NCBI GenBank assembly: GCA_963717505.1 | Contig: OY970342.1 | Span: 1,216,001-1,280,000 of the forward strand | DNA length: 64,000 bases | Reading direction: 5' to 3' | Source of the DNA: Candidatus Eiseniibacteriota bacterium | GTDB lineage: Bacteria > Eisenbacteria > RBG-16-71-46 | The notes under the pieces: generated by a model | Databases searched by the model: none | What the model was told of the DNA's origin: nothing | The model's input: only the letters and a program-made list of their open reading frames with translations | Made by a program: the position numbers and the translations under genes | Shown: piece after piece, positions 24,795 through 35,665 of the stretch | How positions within the stretch are numbered: position 1 is the stretch's first letter | Layout of the letters: every line of letters starts with the position of its first letter

Positions 24795-26027
24795 TCATCC
24801 AGGTCGGGCCGTCAGTCGAACCAGGCGGAGCGATCTGCGATCTCCGTCGCGTTCGATCCAGCACGCGAGGGCCGCGCGCTCGCCGGCGACCGCGATCCAG
24901 GGTTCCTCGATGTTGCCGCCGAGGAACGTCCACGGTGTGAAGTTGCCGGCGGCGTCCAACCGGCGGAGGGCGAGCACCGTGCGCGCCGGCCCAGCCCGCG
25001 GCGTGGCTTCGACCGCGATCAGCGTCGAGCCGTTCCATGCCGCGACCTGCGGCCGCGTCGCCGAGGCCAGGCTGTCGCCGACCGCGCGGCGGAGCCCCAT
25101 GGCGCCGCGCTCGGCGCTCCACGGCGCGATGTAGACGCCGGTGTCGGGGGCCGCCGTGAACCACGCGTAGTGCCCGCCGTCTTCACGGCTCCAGCTGATC
25201 GAGGCGCCGACCCCGACGCAGCCCCCATCGCGCCAGGCGTCGGGCGAGATCACTTCGTCGACCACGAACGTTGCGTTCTCGTCCGACACCGCGATCGCCG
25301 GATCCCGAACGCCGTCCTCATCGGTCCGGTAGGCAATCGCGATGCGACCGTACGCGTCGCTCAACGCGCACGGTCCGCAGCACGGGCATACGCGGTAAAA
25401 CCCGCGTTGCGCCGTCCAGGTGCGCCCGCCCTCGAGGCTGGTCGCGTAGAACAGATCGGCGCCGCCAGCGCCGGACCCCGGGTCGCGGGCGCCGATCCAG
25501 GCCACCAGCAGGGCGCCATCGGGACGAAAGACCAGGGCCGGCATCGAGTGGTTCCGCACCGATGGGAACTCTTCGTGGACCGAGGTCGGCGCGCCGAGTG
25601 TGGCGCCACCGTCCCCGCTCGCGCGCACCACGATGTTCGAAGCACCGGGGTCCTGTTTGTCGCGTTCGTTCCAGGCGATGGCGAACGCCGCTCCAGGGCC
25701 GAACGCCGCGGCCGGCCGGTTTTCGCGTGAAGCGAGGACGCTCCCCGGCCGTGCGTTCACACGCACCGGCTCCGAGAACGTGAGGCCGCTGTCCGCGGAC
25801 AACGCGAGCCAGACGTCCTGCGCCCCCGCGGCACCGGTGACGAACGTGAACGCCACGCGGCCGTGCGGATCGGCGGCAATGGCCGGCGCCCGCACGTCGA
25901 GGGTCGCGAATCCGTGCGGGGTCACTTCGCGGAGTCGAAACTCATCCGGAACCGGCGTCGAGGCGCCGCAACCCGCGAGCGCGGGGAAAAGCAGCAGCCA
26001 GGCCGAGGTGCGGCGCGCGAGGTGCAT
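24795..26027 (-). CDS. BNR/Asp-box (sialidase-like) lipoprotein
   Basis: LAGC lipobox; SADSGLTF, SGDGGAT, SLEGGRTW; VCPCC. Confidence 0.75.
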   Translation of the reverse strand: MHLARRTSAWLLLFPALAGCGASTPVPDEFRLREVTPHGFATLDVRAPAIAADPHGRVAFTFVTGAAGAQDVWLALSADSGLTFSEPVRVNARPGSVLASRENRPAAAFGPGAAFAIAWNERDKQDPGASNIVVRASGDGGATLGAPTSVHEEFPSVRNHSMPALVFRPDGALLVAWIGARDPGSGAGGADLFYATSLEGGRTWTAQRGFYRVCPCCGPCALSDAYGRIAIAYRTDEDGVRDPAIAVSDENATFVVDEVISPDAWRDGGCVGVGASISWSREDGGHYAWFTAAPDTGVYIAPWSAERGAMGLRRAVGDSLASATRPQVAAWNGSTLIAVEATPRAGPARTVLALRRLDAAGNFTPWTFLGGNIEEPWIAVAGERAALACWIERDGDRRSLRLVRLTARPG

Positions 26028-26040
26028 GCGCGCAAGACTA

Positions 26041-28098
26041 CTACCGGAGCTTGAGAACGCGCAGGGCGGGGCCTGTCACGCCACGGGCGGTCCACGGCGC
26101 CAGCCAATAGAAGCCGGCGGGGACGCTCCGGCCCTGATCGTCGCGCCCGTCCCATGCGGCGGTTCCATCGGCGCCGATCCTCAGCTGCCGCACTCGGCGT
26201 CCCGCGAGGTCGAACACGATCGCCGGTCCGGACTCGACGCCCGCGAAGCGAACGAAATCGGCGAAGGGATTGGGCCATGCCCGTCGTGGGCGAGACTCGG
26301 GGCTCGGCACGTGCGCATTCGCATGGCGGACGCGGCCGATCACCGTGAAGCCGAAGCGTGCCTGGTCGAGCGGCAGGGGCAGGAACTCGCCGGCGTCCGC
26401 CGAATCCGCGCCCGCCGCGCGATAGACGTAGCCGCGAAGCGTGAACCAGCCCGGCTCGATGCTCGCCACCTCGGACCACGGCGTCACGTAGGGCATCGCG
26501 AAGTCACCGCGCATCGTGGTCGTCCCACCCACCCGCGGCCAGACGCGAATCGAATCCTCGAAGGAGTCGGGAACCGCCACGGTGGCGGTGACTTCGTAGA
26601 GCACGGCGGGCCGCACCATGCGGTCGCGGTCGAATTCACCGAGCCCGCGTTCGAGGACGTTGAGCGTGTCGGCTCGCACCTCGCGCCACGCGGTTGCGGC
26701 GACTTCGTCGTGCCAGATCCCGATCTCGGGTTGGACCCGGTCCAGGGCCGCGGCCACGTCGAGCCGCCCCGCGCCGGTCTCGGGGTCGTGGCCCGTGGCG
26801 CCGAGGTCGTGAGCGCCGAGTCGCAACAGATTCTGGAAGTCGGTGTCGATCAATTCGGGGCGCCGCGACGCCAGGAGTCCGACCGCGCCGGTCACGAAGG
26901 GCGCCGCGAACGAAGTTCCGGCCGCGGCGACATAGCCGGGATGGACTCCGCCCGCGGCACTCGGGTAGGTCATGAAGGTCGTCCATACCCCCTCGCCTGG
27001 TGCGACGAGATCGAGACCCGGTCCGTAGGAGGAGAATCGGGCTCGACGGTCGGTCGGGTCCGAGGCGCCCACCTGAATGCACAGTCCGTCGGCCGCGTAC
27101 GCGGCCGGATACTGCGGCGCCGATCCGTCGCGATCCCCGCGGTTGCCGCTGGCCGCGACCACGACGCAGCCGTGCACCAGCGCTTCGTGGAGTGCCACCC
27201 GTTCGAGCGTGCTCGGGGTCGATCCCGCGAACGACAGATTGACCGCGCGAGCGCCGGCGCGCACCGCGTGATGGATGGCTTGCGCGATCCAGAACGATCC
27301 CGACACACCCGAGGCGCCGGAGGTGATCTTGATCGGCAGGATGCGTGCACCGCTCCCGACCGTGCCATCACCGCCGCAGACGCCCGCGATCCCCAGGGAG
27401 TCGAAGTGCGCGCCATCGTGAGTGCCTGCGGCGGCGACCCCGGTCACCGGCGTGCCGTGTCCCCGCAGGTCGCGGACGTCCGTCCCGCCGTCGGCGACGT
27501 TGATGCCGGCGAGGAGTCGCGCGCTCCCGTCCGCGAGGCGGCCGGAGAACTCCGGGTGATCCGGATCGATGCCGGTGTCGGCGAACGCCAGCACGACGTC
27601 GGCGTTGCCGACGCTCGAACGCCAGGCATCGCGCGCGCGGATGTCGGCGCCTTGCATCCCGCGATTCTCGAGCCCCCACTGGCGGCCGTCGCGGAACAGC
27701 GGATCGTTCGGAAACGAGGCCGAATCGGATTGGGTCACGGCGGGATCGACCGGAGCGAGCCACCAGACCGCGGGTTCACGCCGGGCGTGTCGCTCGACCC
27801 ACGCGACCGAGGGATCGCGCTCGAGTGCGGCGAGCGCCGAGTCGGCCGCGGCCGAATCCCGCGCTGCCAGCAGAAGAACCCGTGATGCCGAGGGGCCGAG
27901 AGCCGGGTCGTCGATTCGTGCCGCGACGCGCAATCCCCAGCGCTCGGAAAGCCGACCCAACACGGCCGCTGACCACGCCGGCGACACCTCCGTCGACGCC
28001 GAAACCGGGGGACGCAGCGCGACGATCAACTCGCGAGCCGGGTCGGACTCCGCGGCGAGTGCAACGCCGGCCAGGATCGAAAGCGCAACCAACGACAC
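26041..28098 (-). CDS. secreted S8 subtilase with FlgD-Ig/T9SS-like C-terminal domain
   Basis: DTGID, GHGT, GTSFAAP triad; WPNPF..FDLAGRRVR..WDGRD..G.Y tail. Confidence 0.92.
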   Translation of the reverse strand: MSLVALSILAGVALAAESDPARELIVALRPPVSASTEVSPAWSAAVLGRLSERWGLRVAARIDDPALGPSASRVLLLAARDSAAADSALAALERDPSVAWVERHARREPAVWWLAPVDPAVTQSDSASFPNDPLFRDGRQWGLENRGMQGADIRARDAWRSSVGNADVVLAFADTGIDPDHPEFSGRLADGSARLLAGINVADGGTDVRDLRGHGTPVTGVAAAGTHDGAHFDSLGIAGVCGGDGTVGSGARILPIKITSGASGVSGSFWIAQAIHHAVRAGARAVNLSFAGSTPSTLERVALHEALVHGCVVVAASGNRGDRDGSAPQYPAAYAADGLCIQVGASDPTDRRARFSSYGPGLDLVAPGEGVWTTFMTYPSAAGGVHPGYVAAAGTSFAAPFVTGAVGLLASRRPELIDTDFQNLLRLGAHDLGATGHDPETGAGRLDVAAALDRVQPEIGIWHDEVAATAWREVRADTLNVLERGLGEFDRDRMVRPAVLYEVTATVAVPDSFEDSIRVWPRVGGTTTMRGDFAMPYVTPWSEVASIEPGWFTLRGYVYRAAGADSADAGEFLPLPLDQARFGFTVIGRVRHANAHVPSPESRPRRAWPNPFADFVRFAGVESGPAIVFDLAGRRVRQLRIGADGTAAWDGRDDQGRSVPAGFYWLAPWTARGVTGPALRVLKLR

Positions 28099-28173
28099 GC
28101 GAATTCTCGCCGGGGTGGACGCGGGGGCTGGCGCAAGATCACGTCAGCAATTCGTGGGCCGGGGTGAATCGCT

Positions 28174-29046
28174 TCAGCGAACCGATTCGAAAGAGGTCCT
28201 GGCCTCGTTCGACAGGCGCAACTCGTCGATCTTCCCCTGGAACGCGTAGAACGGGGGGTGCGTGATGCGGCCGCCGGTCGTGAGGTTGCCGCTGAAGTTG
28301 CTGAGACGCCTGGTGTCGAAGTAGTTGCCGATCAGGACCGGCGCCATGCTCGAGCGCACGACGCCACGCACGGCGTACTGAGCGTCGAGCGTGCCGTTGA
28401 TGAAGACGCGCACGACCTCGCCGTCGAGCGACACCGCGACGTGCGTCCAGCGATTGACGAAGATTTCGCTGACCGAGGCGAACGACTGCGGTGGGGTGGC
28501 ATCGTCGGCCTGGTAGACGAAGACCAGACGCGACGGACTGACCCCGAACGTGATGCGCTCGAAATACGCGGGGGCGGTCGGATCGGTGAATGCGTTGACC
28601 AGTTGGCGGCCGGTCAGTGCGAGCAGCCAGCTCTGCTCCTGGGGTTGCTCGGTCCAACGCGCGGCGATCATGCTCAGCTCGGCGTTGCTGAGGTCCGAGG
28701 GCTCGATCCAGGCTTCGACGGTGAAGCGCGAGGTATTGAGTCCCGGTGCGAAAGGAACGAACACCCAGGACTCGATCGAGGACGTGAACACCCGCGCGCT
28801 GCTGAAGCGGCCGAAGTCGGTGCGCGTGTCGAGTCCGGCGGTGCCGTGGAACCCCTGGCGTCCGCTGTCGGCCGAACGCTGACTGCCGATCTCGTTGAAG
28901 TGCCATAGCGCCACCGTCACCGAATCCTCGGCAGGCGGGATCGACGCCGGCACCGGGTTCGCCGGGTTGCCCGCAGGCCGCGCGCACGAGTTCACCGCGG
29001 CCGTCCACACGGCGAGCACCAGCGCCAGCCCGATCGCGCGGCTCAC
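28174..29046 (-). CDS. LamG/concanavalin-like lipoprotein
   Basis: VALWHFNE, FTVEAWI, WTHVAVS, FQGKIDELRLS; GTGA overlap. Confidence 0.85.
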   Translation of the reverse strand: MSRAIGLALVLAVWTAAVNSCARPAGNPANPVPASIPPAEDSVTVALWHFNEIGSQRSADSGRQGFHGTAGLDTRTDFGRFSSARVFTSSIESWVFVPFAPGLNTSRFTVEAWIEPSDLSNAELSMIAARWTEQPQEQSWLLALTGRQLVNAFTDPTAPAYFERITFGVSPSRLVFVYQADDATPPQSFASVSEIFVNRWTHVAVSLDGEVVRVFINGTLDAQYAVRGVVRSSMAPVLIGNYFDTRRLSNFSGNLTTGGRITHPPFYAFQGKIDELRLSNEARTSFESVR

Positions 29047-31154
29047 GGCATCTGCTCCACGGCCGAAAGCTGGATCCGAACCGCATTCTCGGCCTCGAAG
29101 TCGCCGACCTGCGCGTAGAGTTCGCCCATGCGCCCTAGAGTGTAGGGGTCGCGCGTGGCCGTGATCACGGGACGCCAGGTGGCGGCCGCCTCCTGGGACT
29201 TGCCGGTCAGGAGCAGCGACCAGCCGATGCCGATCGTCGCCATCGGATTCCTCGGGTCGAGCGCGCGCGCGCGCTGGAAGGCCCGGCCCGCGGGCTCGGG
29301 TTCGTTCGAGGTCAGCAGGACTTCGCCCATCATGAGCCAGATGCCGGCATTGTTGGGCACCATTCGGATCAGTCGTTCGAGGCACGAGCGGGCCTCGTCG
29401 AGCCGGCCCAGCAGTCGCGACAACATCGCGAGGTTTCGGAGCGCCTCGACGTCGTTGCCGTGAATCAGGAGCCGAGAGCGCAGCCGGTGGTAGGCGACCA
29501 GAGAGTCGTTCTCGAGCCAGGCGGGCCGCGTGCCGAACTCGGGCCCGACCTCGTAGAGCACCGCCGGGTGCGGACGCGTCGAGGCGCGCACGGTGAGACC
29601 GGGGATCACCGCGGCGGTGTCGAGCATCCACACCACCTGCGGGCGGGTTTCCGCTTCGGGCCAGGAGAAGTAGATCCAGCGGATCTCGTTGTCGTGGACG
29701 TACCGGGCCAGGACCTCGAGCGAATCCACGAACGGAAAGCCCACCGGCTCGAGTCCGGCGAGCCAGGAAATGTGCCCCTTGCGGGCGACGATCTTGTCGC
29801 CGGGGCGCGCATGCCGGCGCAGCGAATCCGCGACTTCGAGGGTTTCGACTGGAAGCTGGTTCATGACGCGCGCCTGGACGCGCTGCGACGCCGCGATCGC
29901 GGGGATCAGCGGCAGCACGACCAGCAGCGGCTTGAGCCAGACGCGAGGGGTGCGCAGGACCAGGGCGAGCCGCGGCGAGGCGAAAGCCCAACCCGCGAGC
30001 ATCGCGTACACCGGCAGGATCGCGAGCGAATAGCGCTCGGAGTAGAAGACCGGCACCAAGGTCAAGAAGAGCAGCGCGCCGGCGAGCAACAGCGGCCACA
30101 CGCGCCGGACGATGCCGTCGACCACCGCGAGGGCCAGGCCGATCGCGGCGCACGTCGCGACCGGCAGGGTCAGCAGCTGGGTGGCATCCTGCCGGAGGTG
30201 GTCCCAGACGTTGAAGGCCATGCGGGCGAACACGGCGCCCGGATCGCGCGCGATGACGTGCGCCAGCGTCGGGAATTGCGACTGGAGATCGCGCTGATAG
30301 TCGTCCCAGGGAATGCCGCGCGCGCGCGCGAACACGTCGTAGGCGATGTTGTGGTGGAACTGGAATCCGGCGGCACCGCCGTGCAATGCCGACCACGCCA
30401 TCCACGGAACGACCGGGACCAGGAACCCGGCGGCGAACGCGAGCGCGCTCCGCGTGCGCGCCCCGGTGCCGGCGGCACCGAACGCGATCGCGACCAGGCC
30501 GGCGGGCAGGAGCACGGCGCCGTTGTAACGCGTGAGAAACGCGAGTCCGATCACGGCTCCGGCCAGCGCGGCGCGGCCGGCGGCGATCGGTTGCGCGGGA
30601 TCACGACCGAGCAGCACGAAGAGCCCGGCGGCCTGGAGCGCGATCGCCAGCGCGTCGGTCGTGGCGGAATAGGCATGTCGCAGGAAGTGCGCATTCGCCG
30701 CGATGAAGACCACCGCCATCAGGCCGAGGCCGGCTCCGACCCGCACCCGCAGCAGCAGAAACCAGAGCGCGAGGATCGCGACCGAAGCGGCGACCGAGAT
30801 GAGCTCCGCCGCCAGGAACAGGTCGCGGATCACGAAACCCACCAGGGCGAGAACCACTTCGTACCCTGGGCCCACGACGCCGTAGCGGCTCGCGTCGAGC
30901 CGCCCCCGCTGAATCTGTGCCGCCCCATCGGCGTAGGACCCGTAGAAATCGGTCTCGGTCATGATGTCGCCCACGCGGTGGGGCCCGAGCGCGATCGCGA
31001 GGGCCACGATCGCGAACGCTGCGATCGCCACGGCCGCTGCAATTGCGATTCCCCGGTCGGAGGCGATCACGGCGCCGGCGGGTGCATTGGGCCGGAGCCA
31101 AGGCTCGGCCGACGCGGCTGGCGGTGGGGCGGAGCGCTTCTTCGCGGGCGTCAT
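29043..31154 (-). CDS. GT-C (ArnT/PMT-like) glycosyltransferase with C-terminal TPRs
   Basis: Many TM helices, ETDF, TTD, LAFLTRY, ERY; TPR-like helices at the C-terminus. Confidence 0.75.
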   Translation of the reverse strand: MTPAKKRSAPPPAASAEPWLRPNAPAGAVIASDRGIAIAAAVAIAAFAIVALAIALGPHRVGDIMTETDFYGSYADGAAQIQRGRLDASRYGVVGPGYEVVLALVGFVIRDLFLAAELISVAASVAILALWFLLLRVRVGAGLGLMAVVFIAANAHFLRHAYSATTDALAIALQAAGLFVLLGRDPAQPIAAGRAALAGAVIGLAFLTRYNGAVLLPAGLVAIAFGAAGTGARTRSALAFAAGFLVPVVPWMAWSALHGGAAGFQFHHNIAYDVFARARGIPWDDYQRDLQSQFPTLAHVIARDPGAVFARMAFNVWDHLRQDATQLLTLPVATCAAIGLALAVVDGIVRRVWPLLLAGALLFLTLVPVFYSERYSLAILPVYAMLAGWAFASPRLALVLRTPRVWLKPLLVVLPLIPAIAASQRVQARVMNQLPVETLEVADSLRRHARPGDKIVARKGHISWLAGLEPVGFPFVDSLEVLARYVHDNEIRWIYFSWPEAETRPQVVWMLDTAAVIPGLTVRASTRPHPAVLYEVGPEFGTRPAWLENDSLVAYHRLRSRLLIHGNDVEALRNLAMLSRLLGRLDEARSCLERLIRMVPNNAGIWLMMGEVLLTSNEPEPAGRAFQRARALDPRNPMATIGIGWSLLLTGKSQEAAATWRPVITATRDPYTLGRMGELYAQVGDFEAENAVRIQLSAVEQMP

Positions 31155-31241
31155 AAGGCGAGGAAGCGAGAGGTGACGTTGGACATTCGCGCCAGTCTAC
31201 GCGCGCGTTCCGGGCCGCCCAAACGGTAGGATGGCGATCGC

Positions 31242-31454
31242 ATGCCCGAATCCACGCGTTCCGAAGCGAGCCCCGGCTTGTGCGCGACCTGCCGGCACGC
31301 GCAGCGGGTCGAAACTCCGCGCGCGGTCTACTGGCTGTGCCGGCTGTCGTTCACCGACCCCCGGTTCGACAAGTACCCGCGATTGCCCGTGCGCGCGTGC
31401 GACGGATACGAGCGAAGCGAACCGGAGGAGCCGAAGCCGCTTCCCGAGTCGTAG
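31242..31454 (+). CDS. small four-cysteine protein, probably metal-binding
   Basis: GLCATCRH..WLC..FDKYPRLPVRACDGY. Confidence 0.7.
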   Translation: MPESTRSEASPGLCATCRHAQRVETPRAVYWLCRLSFTDPRFDKYPRLPVRACDGYERSEPEEPKPLPES

Positions 31455-31492
31455 GCGCAGGGGGCCGAAGGCCACGACCGCGCCGCGACTGC

Positions 31493-33454
31493 CTAAGGCA
31501 ACACGATGATGCGCTGGACGGCGTGGTGCCCCGGGGTGGTGAAGCGCGCGAAGTAGAGCCCGGGCGGGGTGCGCCCGCCCGCCGCGTCCCAGCGGACGTC
31601 GTGACGGCCCGCCTCGAACGTGCGATCAGCGACCGTGGCCATCAAGCGTCCGGTGAGGTCGAAGACCTCGATGCGCACCGGGGCCACGGAAGGCAATTCG
31701 AAGTGCAGGGTCGTTTCGCGCGTGATCGGGTTCGGCCGCGCCGGAAAGAACTCCACGGCCGCCGGCAGATGGTCCCCGACGCCCGTGGTGGTTACCGGGC
31801 GTGCGCGCAGCAGCACGACCAGGTCGTTCTGCGTTGCGGCGCCGGGCAAGGGCTCGTCGGAGGACTCGAAGGTCAGCAGCGCTTCGTAGGTTTGATCGAG
31901 CGTGGCGCCGTCGTCGTCGAAGTGGATGTTGTACGTGCGCCCCACACCCGCGACCAGCCCGCCGCTGAACCCGCCGACGATCGAGAAACGGCCGCTGCCG
32001 CCGACGATGCTCCCACCATCGAGCGAGAGACGCGCCTGGAGCGCGTCGTAACCGGCGTTGTGCACGCGGACACTGCTGTCCCGGAAGCCACCCAGCTCGC
32101 GGGCGCCAAGATACAGCGTGTCGATCGGCACCAGCGCGCTCGAGTCGAGCGAGGCCACGGCGTGGTCGAGCACCGTGCCGGTGAGCGAGACGTTCGCAGT
32201 CGGCAGATCGACGTCGTCGCTGGCGATCGCGAGGGTCCCAGCCTTGGGGCCGGCAGTCGCCGTCGACATGCCGATCGGGTGGACGTTGCCCGGGGACCCG
32301 GTCAGGGCCTCGAACGAACCCGCCGGAGCCGTGAACCCTGCCGGCGGCGTCATCGAATAGGTCAGCGCATCGACCGGCAACAGGGTTCCGACGTTTTCGA
32401 CCGTCAGGTTCTGGCTCGCGGCCCCGCCCACGATCGCAGCCCCCAGGTCGAGCGCGGTGACCACGCCGATCTTGGCCGGGAGCTGCAAGGTGGCAACCAC
32501 CGGCAGGTGATCGGCGGCCAACTTCAAGGCGTCGGCGACCGCGAGCGGGACGGCGTCATTGCGGCCGTCTTGATTCACCGACTCGTTGAAGTGCTGGCCG
32601 TCGTTGCCATAGGGCGCCTGGCTGACGAACTCGACTTTTTGGCCATCGGCCATCGCGTACGAATGAAGGAAGAAATCGAAACGGTCGTCGAGTCCGCCGC
32701 CGCTCTGACCTGCAAGGCACCCGGAGGCGCACGGCGCCTGCGAGTGGAAGAAGCGATAGGCGAATTGATTCCAGGTCCCGGGCAACGTGGCGGAATCACG
32801 TAGGCGGCCGTCGTCGTCGGCCTGGTCCTCGAGCAGGCGGAGGTAGCCGCCCTCCCAGTCCCCGTAGAAGTTGGTGTCGCCGCCCAGCAGCAGGTTGGGG
32901 ATCGCGGGCGACTGCACATTCAGCGTGTTGCGCAGGTTGGTGCACTCGGTTCGCCGCGTCGCCGAATCCGCCAAGGTGTTTCCGGCCTTGAAATGAACGG
33001 AGTAGATGCGCAGGCGGGCCTGGCTGTTGGTGTAGCCGCGCGGAGTGATCACCGCCTGGTAGACGTCGCGTGGTCCCCCAGTGACCAGTCCGGCGAGGTT
33101 GGCGATCCCCGAGACGGTCAACGAGTCGTAGTACAACGTGCTCTCGGTGCTGAGCAGGAATCCCGCGTTCTTCCACACCCGACTCGAATTGGTGTTGCGC
33201 AGCACGTTGATCAGGAAGGAATCGGCGCCGGCTGGCGTCGCCAGTTCCTGCACGATCAGGACGTCGGTATCGAGATTCTGCATGACCGTCCGGAACAGCG
33301 GCTGCCGGGTGCTCAGGGCGCTGCCCGGGTACTGCCAGAGATTCCAGGTCGTGACCTTGAACGCATGCGCCGTCGAGGCCCCGAGCAGCGCGATCCCGAC
33401 GGCGCACCAGACCGGGCCCCGAGGACGTGACTTCCGGCGCATCGTCGGGGGCAT
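31493..33454 (-). CDS. secreted endonuclease/exonuclease/phosphatase (EEP) with Ig-like and FlgD/T9SS-like C-terminal domains
   Basis: TWNL, VQE, HFKA, GDTN, DDRFD, ADHLPV; PNP..FDLTGR..W..GLYF tail. Confidence 0.88.
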   Translation of the reverse strand: MPPTMRRKSRPRGPVWCAVGIALLGASTAHAFKVTTWNLWQYPGSALSTRQPLFRTVMQNLDTDVLIVQELATPAGADSFLINVLRNTNSSRVWKNAGFLLSTESTLYYDSLTVSGIANLAGLVTGGPRDVYQAVITPRGYTNSQARLRIYSVHFKAGNTLADSATRRTECTNLRNTLNVQSPAIPNLLLGGDTNFYGDWEGGYLRLLEDQADDDGRLRDSATLPGTWNQFAYRFFHSQAPCASGCLAGQSGGGLDDRFDFFLHSYAMADGQKVEFVSQAPYGNDGQHFNESVNQDGRNDAVPLAVADALKLAADHLPVVATLQLPAKIGVVTALDLGAAIVGGAASQNLTVENVGTLLPVDALTYSMTPPAGFTAPAGSFEALTGSPGNVHPIGMSTATAGPKAGTLAIASDDVDLPTANVSLTGTVLDHAVASLDSSALVPIDTLYLGARELGGFRDSSVRVHNAGYDALQARLSLDGGSIVGGSGRFSIVGGFSGGLVAGVGRTYNIHFDDDGATLDQTYEALLTFESSDEPLPGAATQNDLVVLLRARPVTTTGVGDHLPAAVEFFPARPNPITRETTLHFELPSVAPVRIEVFDLTGRLMATVADRTFEAGRHDVRWDAAGGRTPPGLYFARFTTPGHHAVQRIIVLP

Positions 33455-33459
33455 TCGGG

Positions 33460-35477
33460 CTACTTCACGACGGCGAAGCGAACGACCGTGCGCCGCTCGT
33501 CGCCGGTCATGCGCAGGAAGTAGACGCCCGGCCCGAGCGGGGCACCGCCGTCGCGCACTGCCCGCCACGAGAGGGCGTGCCGGCCCGGCTCGAAGCTGCG
33601 ATCCACGGGGGTCGCCACGCGCCGGCCGGCCAGATCGAGGACGTCGAGACGCACCCGTCCGGCACGCGCGAGGTCGAAGCGCAGGGAGGCCGCACCGGAG
33701 AGCGGATTGGGCGCCGGCGCCAGCAATCGGGTGACCGACGGGAGGGGCTGATCGGGCGTCGAGACCGACGGGCTGCGTACGATCCCACGCAGCGCGATCA
33801 CCAGATCGGCGTGGGTTTCGGCGCCGGGCAGCGACTCGTCGGCGCTCGCGATCCGCATCTCGCCCGTGTAGACCACGTCGGGCACGGCGCCGCCTTCGTC
33901 GAAGCGCACGGTGTAGGTCCGACCGACGCCGGCAAGCAGCGCGTCACCGCCGTCGACCACCGTGAACAGCGGGCTGCCGGTGATCGAAGGCTCCTGAACT
34001 TGAAGCCGAGCCTGGTTCGCGTCCCAGCCGAAGTTGTGAATACGAAGGTCACGGTCGGCGAGGGTGCCGGACTCGCCGTCGAACGCGAGGGAGTCGGCCC
34101 CATTGGCGATGACGCTCGAGTCGAGCGAAGCCACCGAGTGATCGAGAATCGTCGCGAACAGGTCGATGTCGTAGAACGGCGCATCGGCAGCGTCCGAGGT
34201 GACCGTCAGAATGCCGGCACGCGGACCCAACTCCCCGGGGTCGTGGCGATGGTGACGATCTCGCTCTGGCCCGGCGGAATCTCGCCGCCCGCGGGGGCGA
34301 GAAAACCCTCGGACGTCGACAGCGTGTAGGTCAGCCCGTCGGCCGGCGCCACGGCGGGGTTCGTGATCGTCAGATCGGCGCTGCCATCCCCGATCAGCGT
34401 GCCGAAATCGAGCTCGACGGCGGCATTCAGGATCGCCGGCAACCGGAGGTCGACGCGGATCGGCAGATGGTCCGCCGACATCTTTAAGGCATTTGCGTAA
34501 GCCGCGCCCTCGGGCAAGGTTGGAGCGTCCGTGATGTTCAGGTTGAAGTGTTGCCCGTCGTTGCCGACCGGAATGTAGGTATTGACCAGGAGTTCGAGCC
34601 CGTTGCCGTCGTTCAGCGCATAGGTGGGCAGGAACATGTCGAAACGATCGTCGAGCCCGCCGGTGGCGGCGCCACTCGCGCACGGGGCGGCGAGGCACGG
34701 ACTCTGGGTGTGGATCGCCGCGAGGCTGGCTGTGTTCCAAGTGCTCGCTGGAGCGTTCAGCGGGTCGTAGAGCCGGCCGTCGTCGTCCGCCTGGCTCTCC
34801 TTGAACTTGAGAAACGCCGGCTCGTTGCCCGTGTAAATGTTGAAGTCGCCCATGAGGATCGCATGGGTGCCGGGCGGCATGGCGTTCATGCTGTCGCGAA
34901 TGCCGATCGCCTCGGCGTGTCGCTGAGCCACATCGCCCGAGGTGTTGCTGGCCTTCAAGTGCTGCGAATACACGCGGAACTCGGCGGCGTCACTCGAGTA
35001 CCCGATCGGCCTCAGGCGATAGCAGTCGACCAAACGAAGGTTGGTCGCTGGATTCGGGTACCAGCTCCAGTGGCCCAGCAACTCGACGCTCGCCGGTTTG
35101 TAGAACAGCGCATTGTTGGTGTCGTTGCCGTCGTTGAAGGGTGCGGCGACCCACTGCCCCGGCTCCATCGTGTTGAGCACGTTGGTGAGAAAGCCGTCGA
35201 CACCGACCTGGCTCTGCATTTCCTGGACGACGACCACCTCGGCGCCGAGCGGCTCGAAGATGGTGCGAAAGAGGGGATTGCGGGTCGGCCCACTGGGGCC
35301 GGGGTAATTCAGGATGTTGTAGTTGACGATCCGGAGCGCCAGGGACTCCGAGGTCGCCATCAGCGCGAAAGCGGCGCTGATCGCCAGGACGCGCGCGATG
35401 GCCGCAGAACTGCGGCGGAATCGCGGGGAAATCGGCAAGAACGAACCGTCACCGGGACGGGCCATATCGGGGGCCAT
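33460..35477 (-). CDS. second secreted EEP paralog; frameshift near 34235
   Basis: NYNIL, VQE, HLKA, GDFN, ADHLPI; the 33460-frame C-terminal half matches the neighbour (DHSVASLDSS, DESLPGA, PNP tail). Confidence 0.85.
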
Positions 35478-35665
35478 GCGGTCTCCTGGGAGAAAAGAGC
35501 AGCGATGCCGGCGGCCCGATCGGACCGAGGGGTGGTCCTCGAGGGCGAGACGGTCTCAGCAATGGCTAGCCAGCAGGGATTCTAGCGGGTCGGGGGGTGG
35601 GTCCGGAAGGGTGGGATTGTGGGGGCCGGCGGCCGCTGCGGGTGGCGGCCGCCCAGGGTGCTTCG

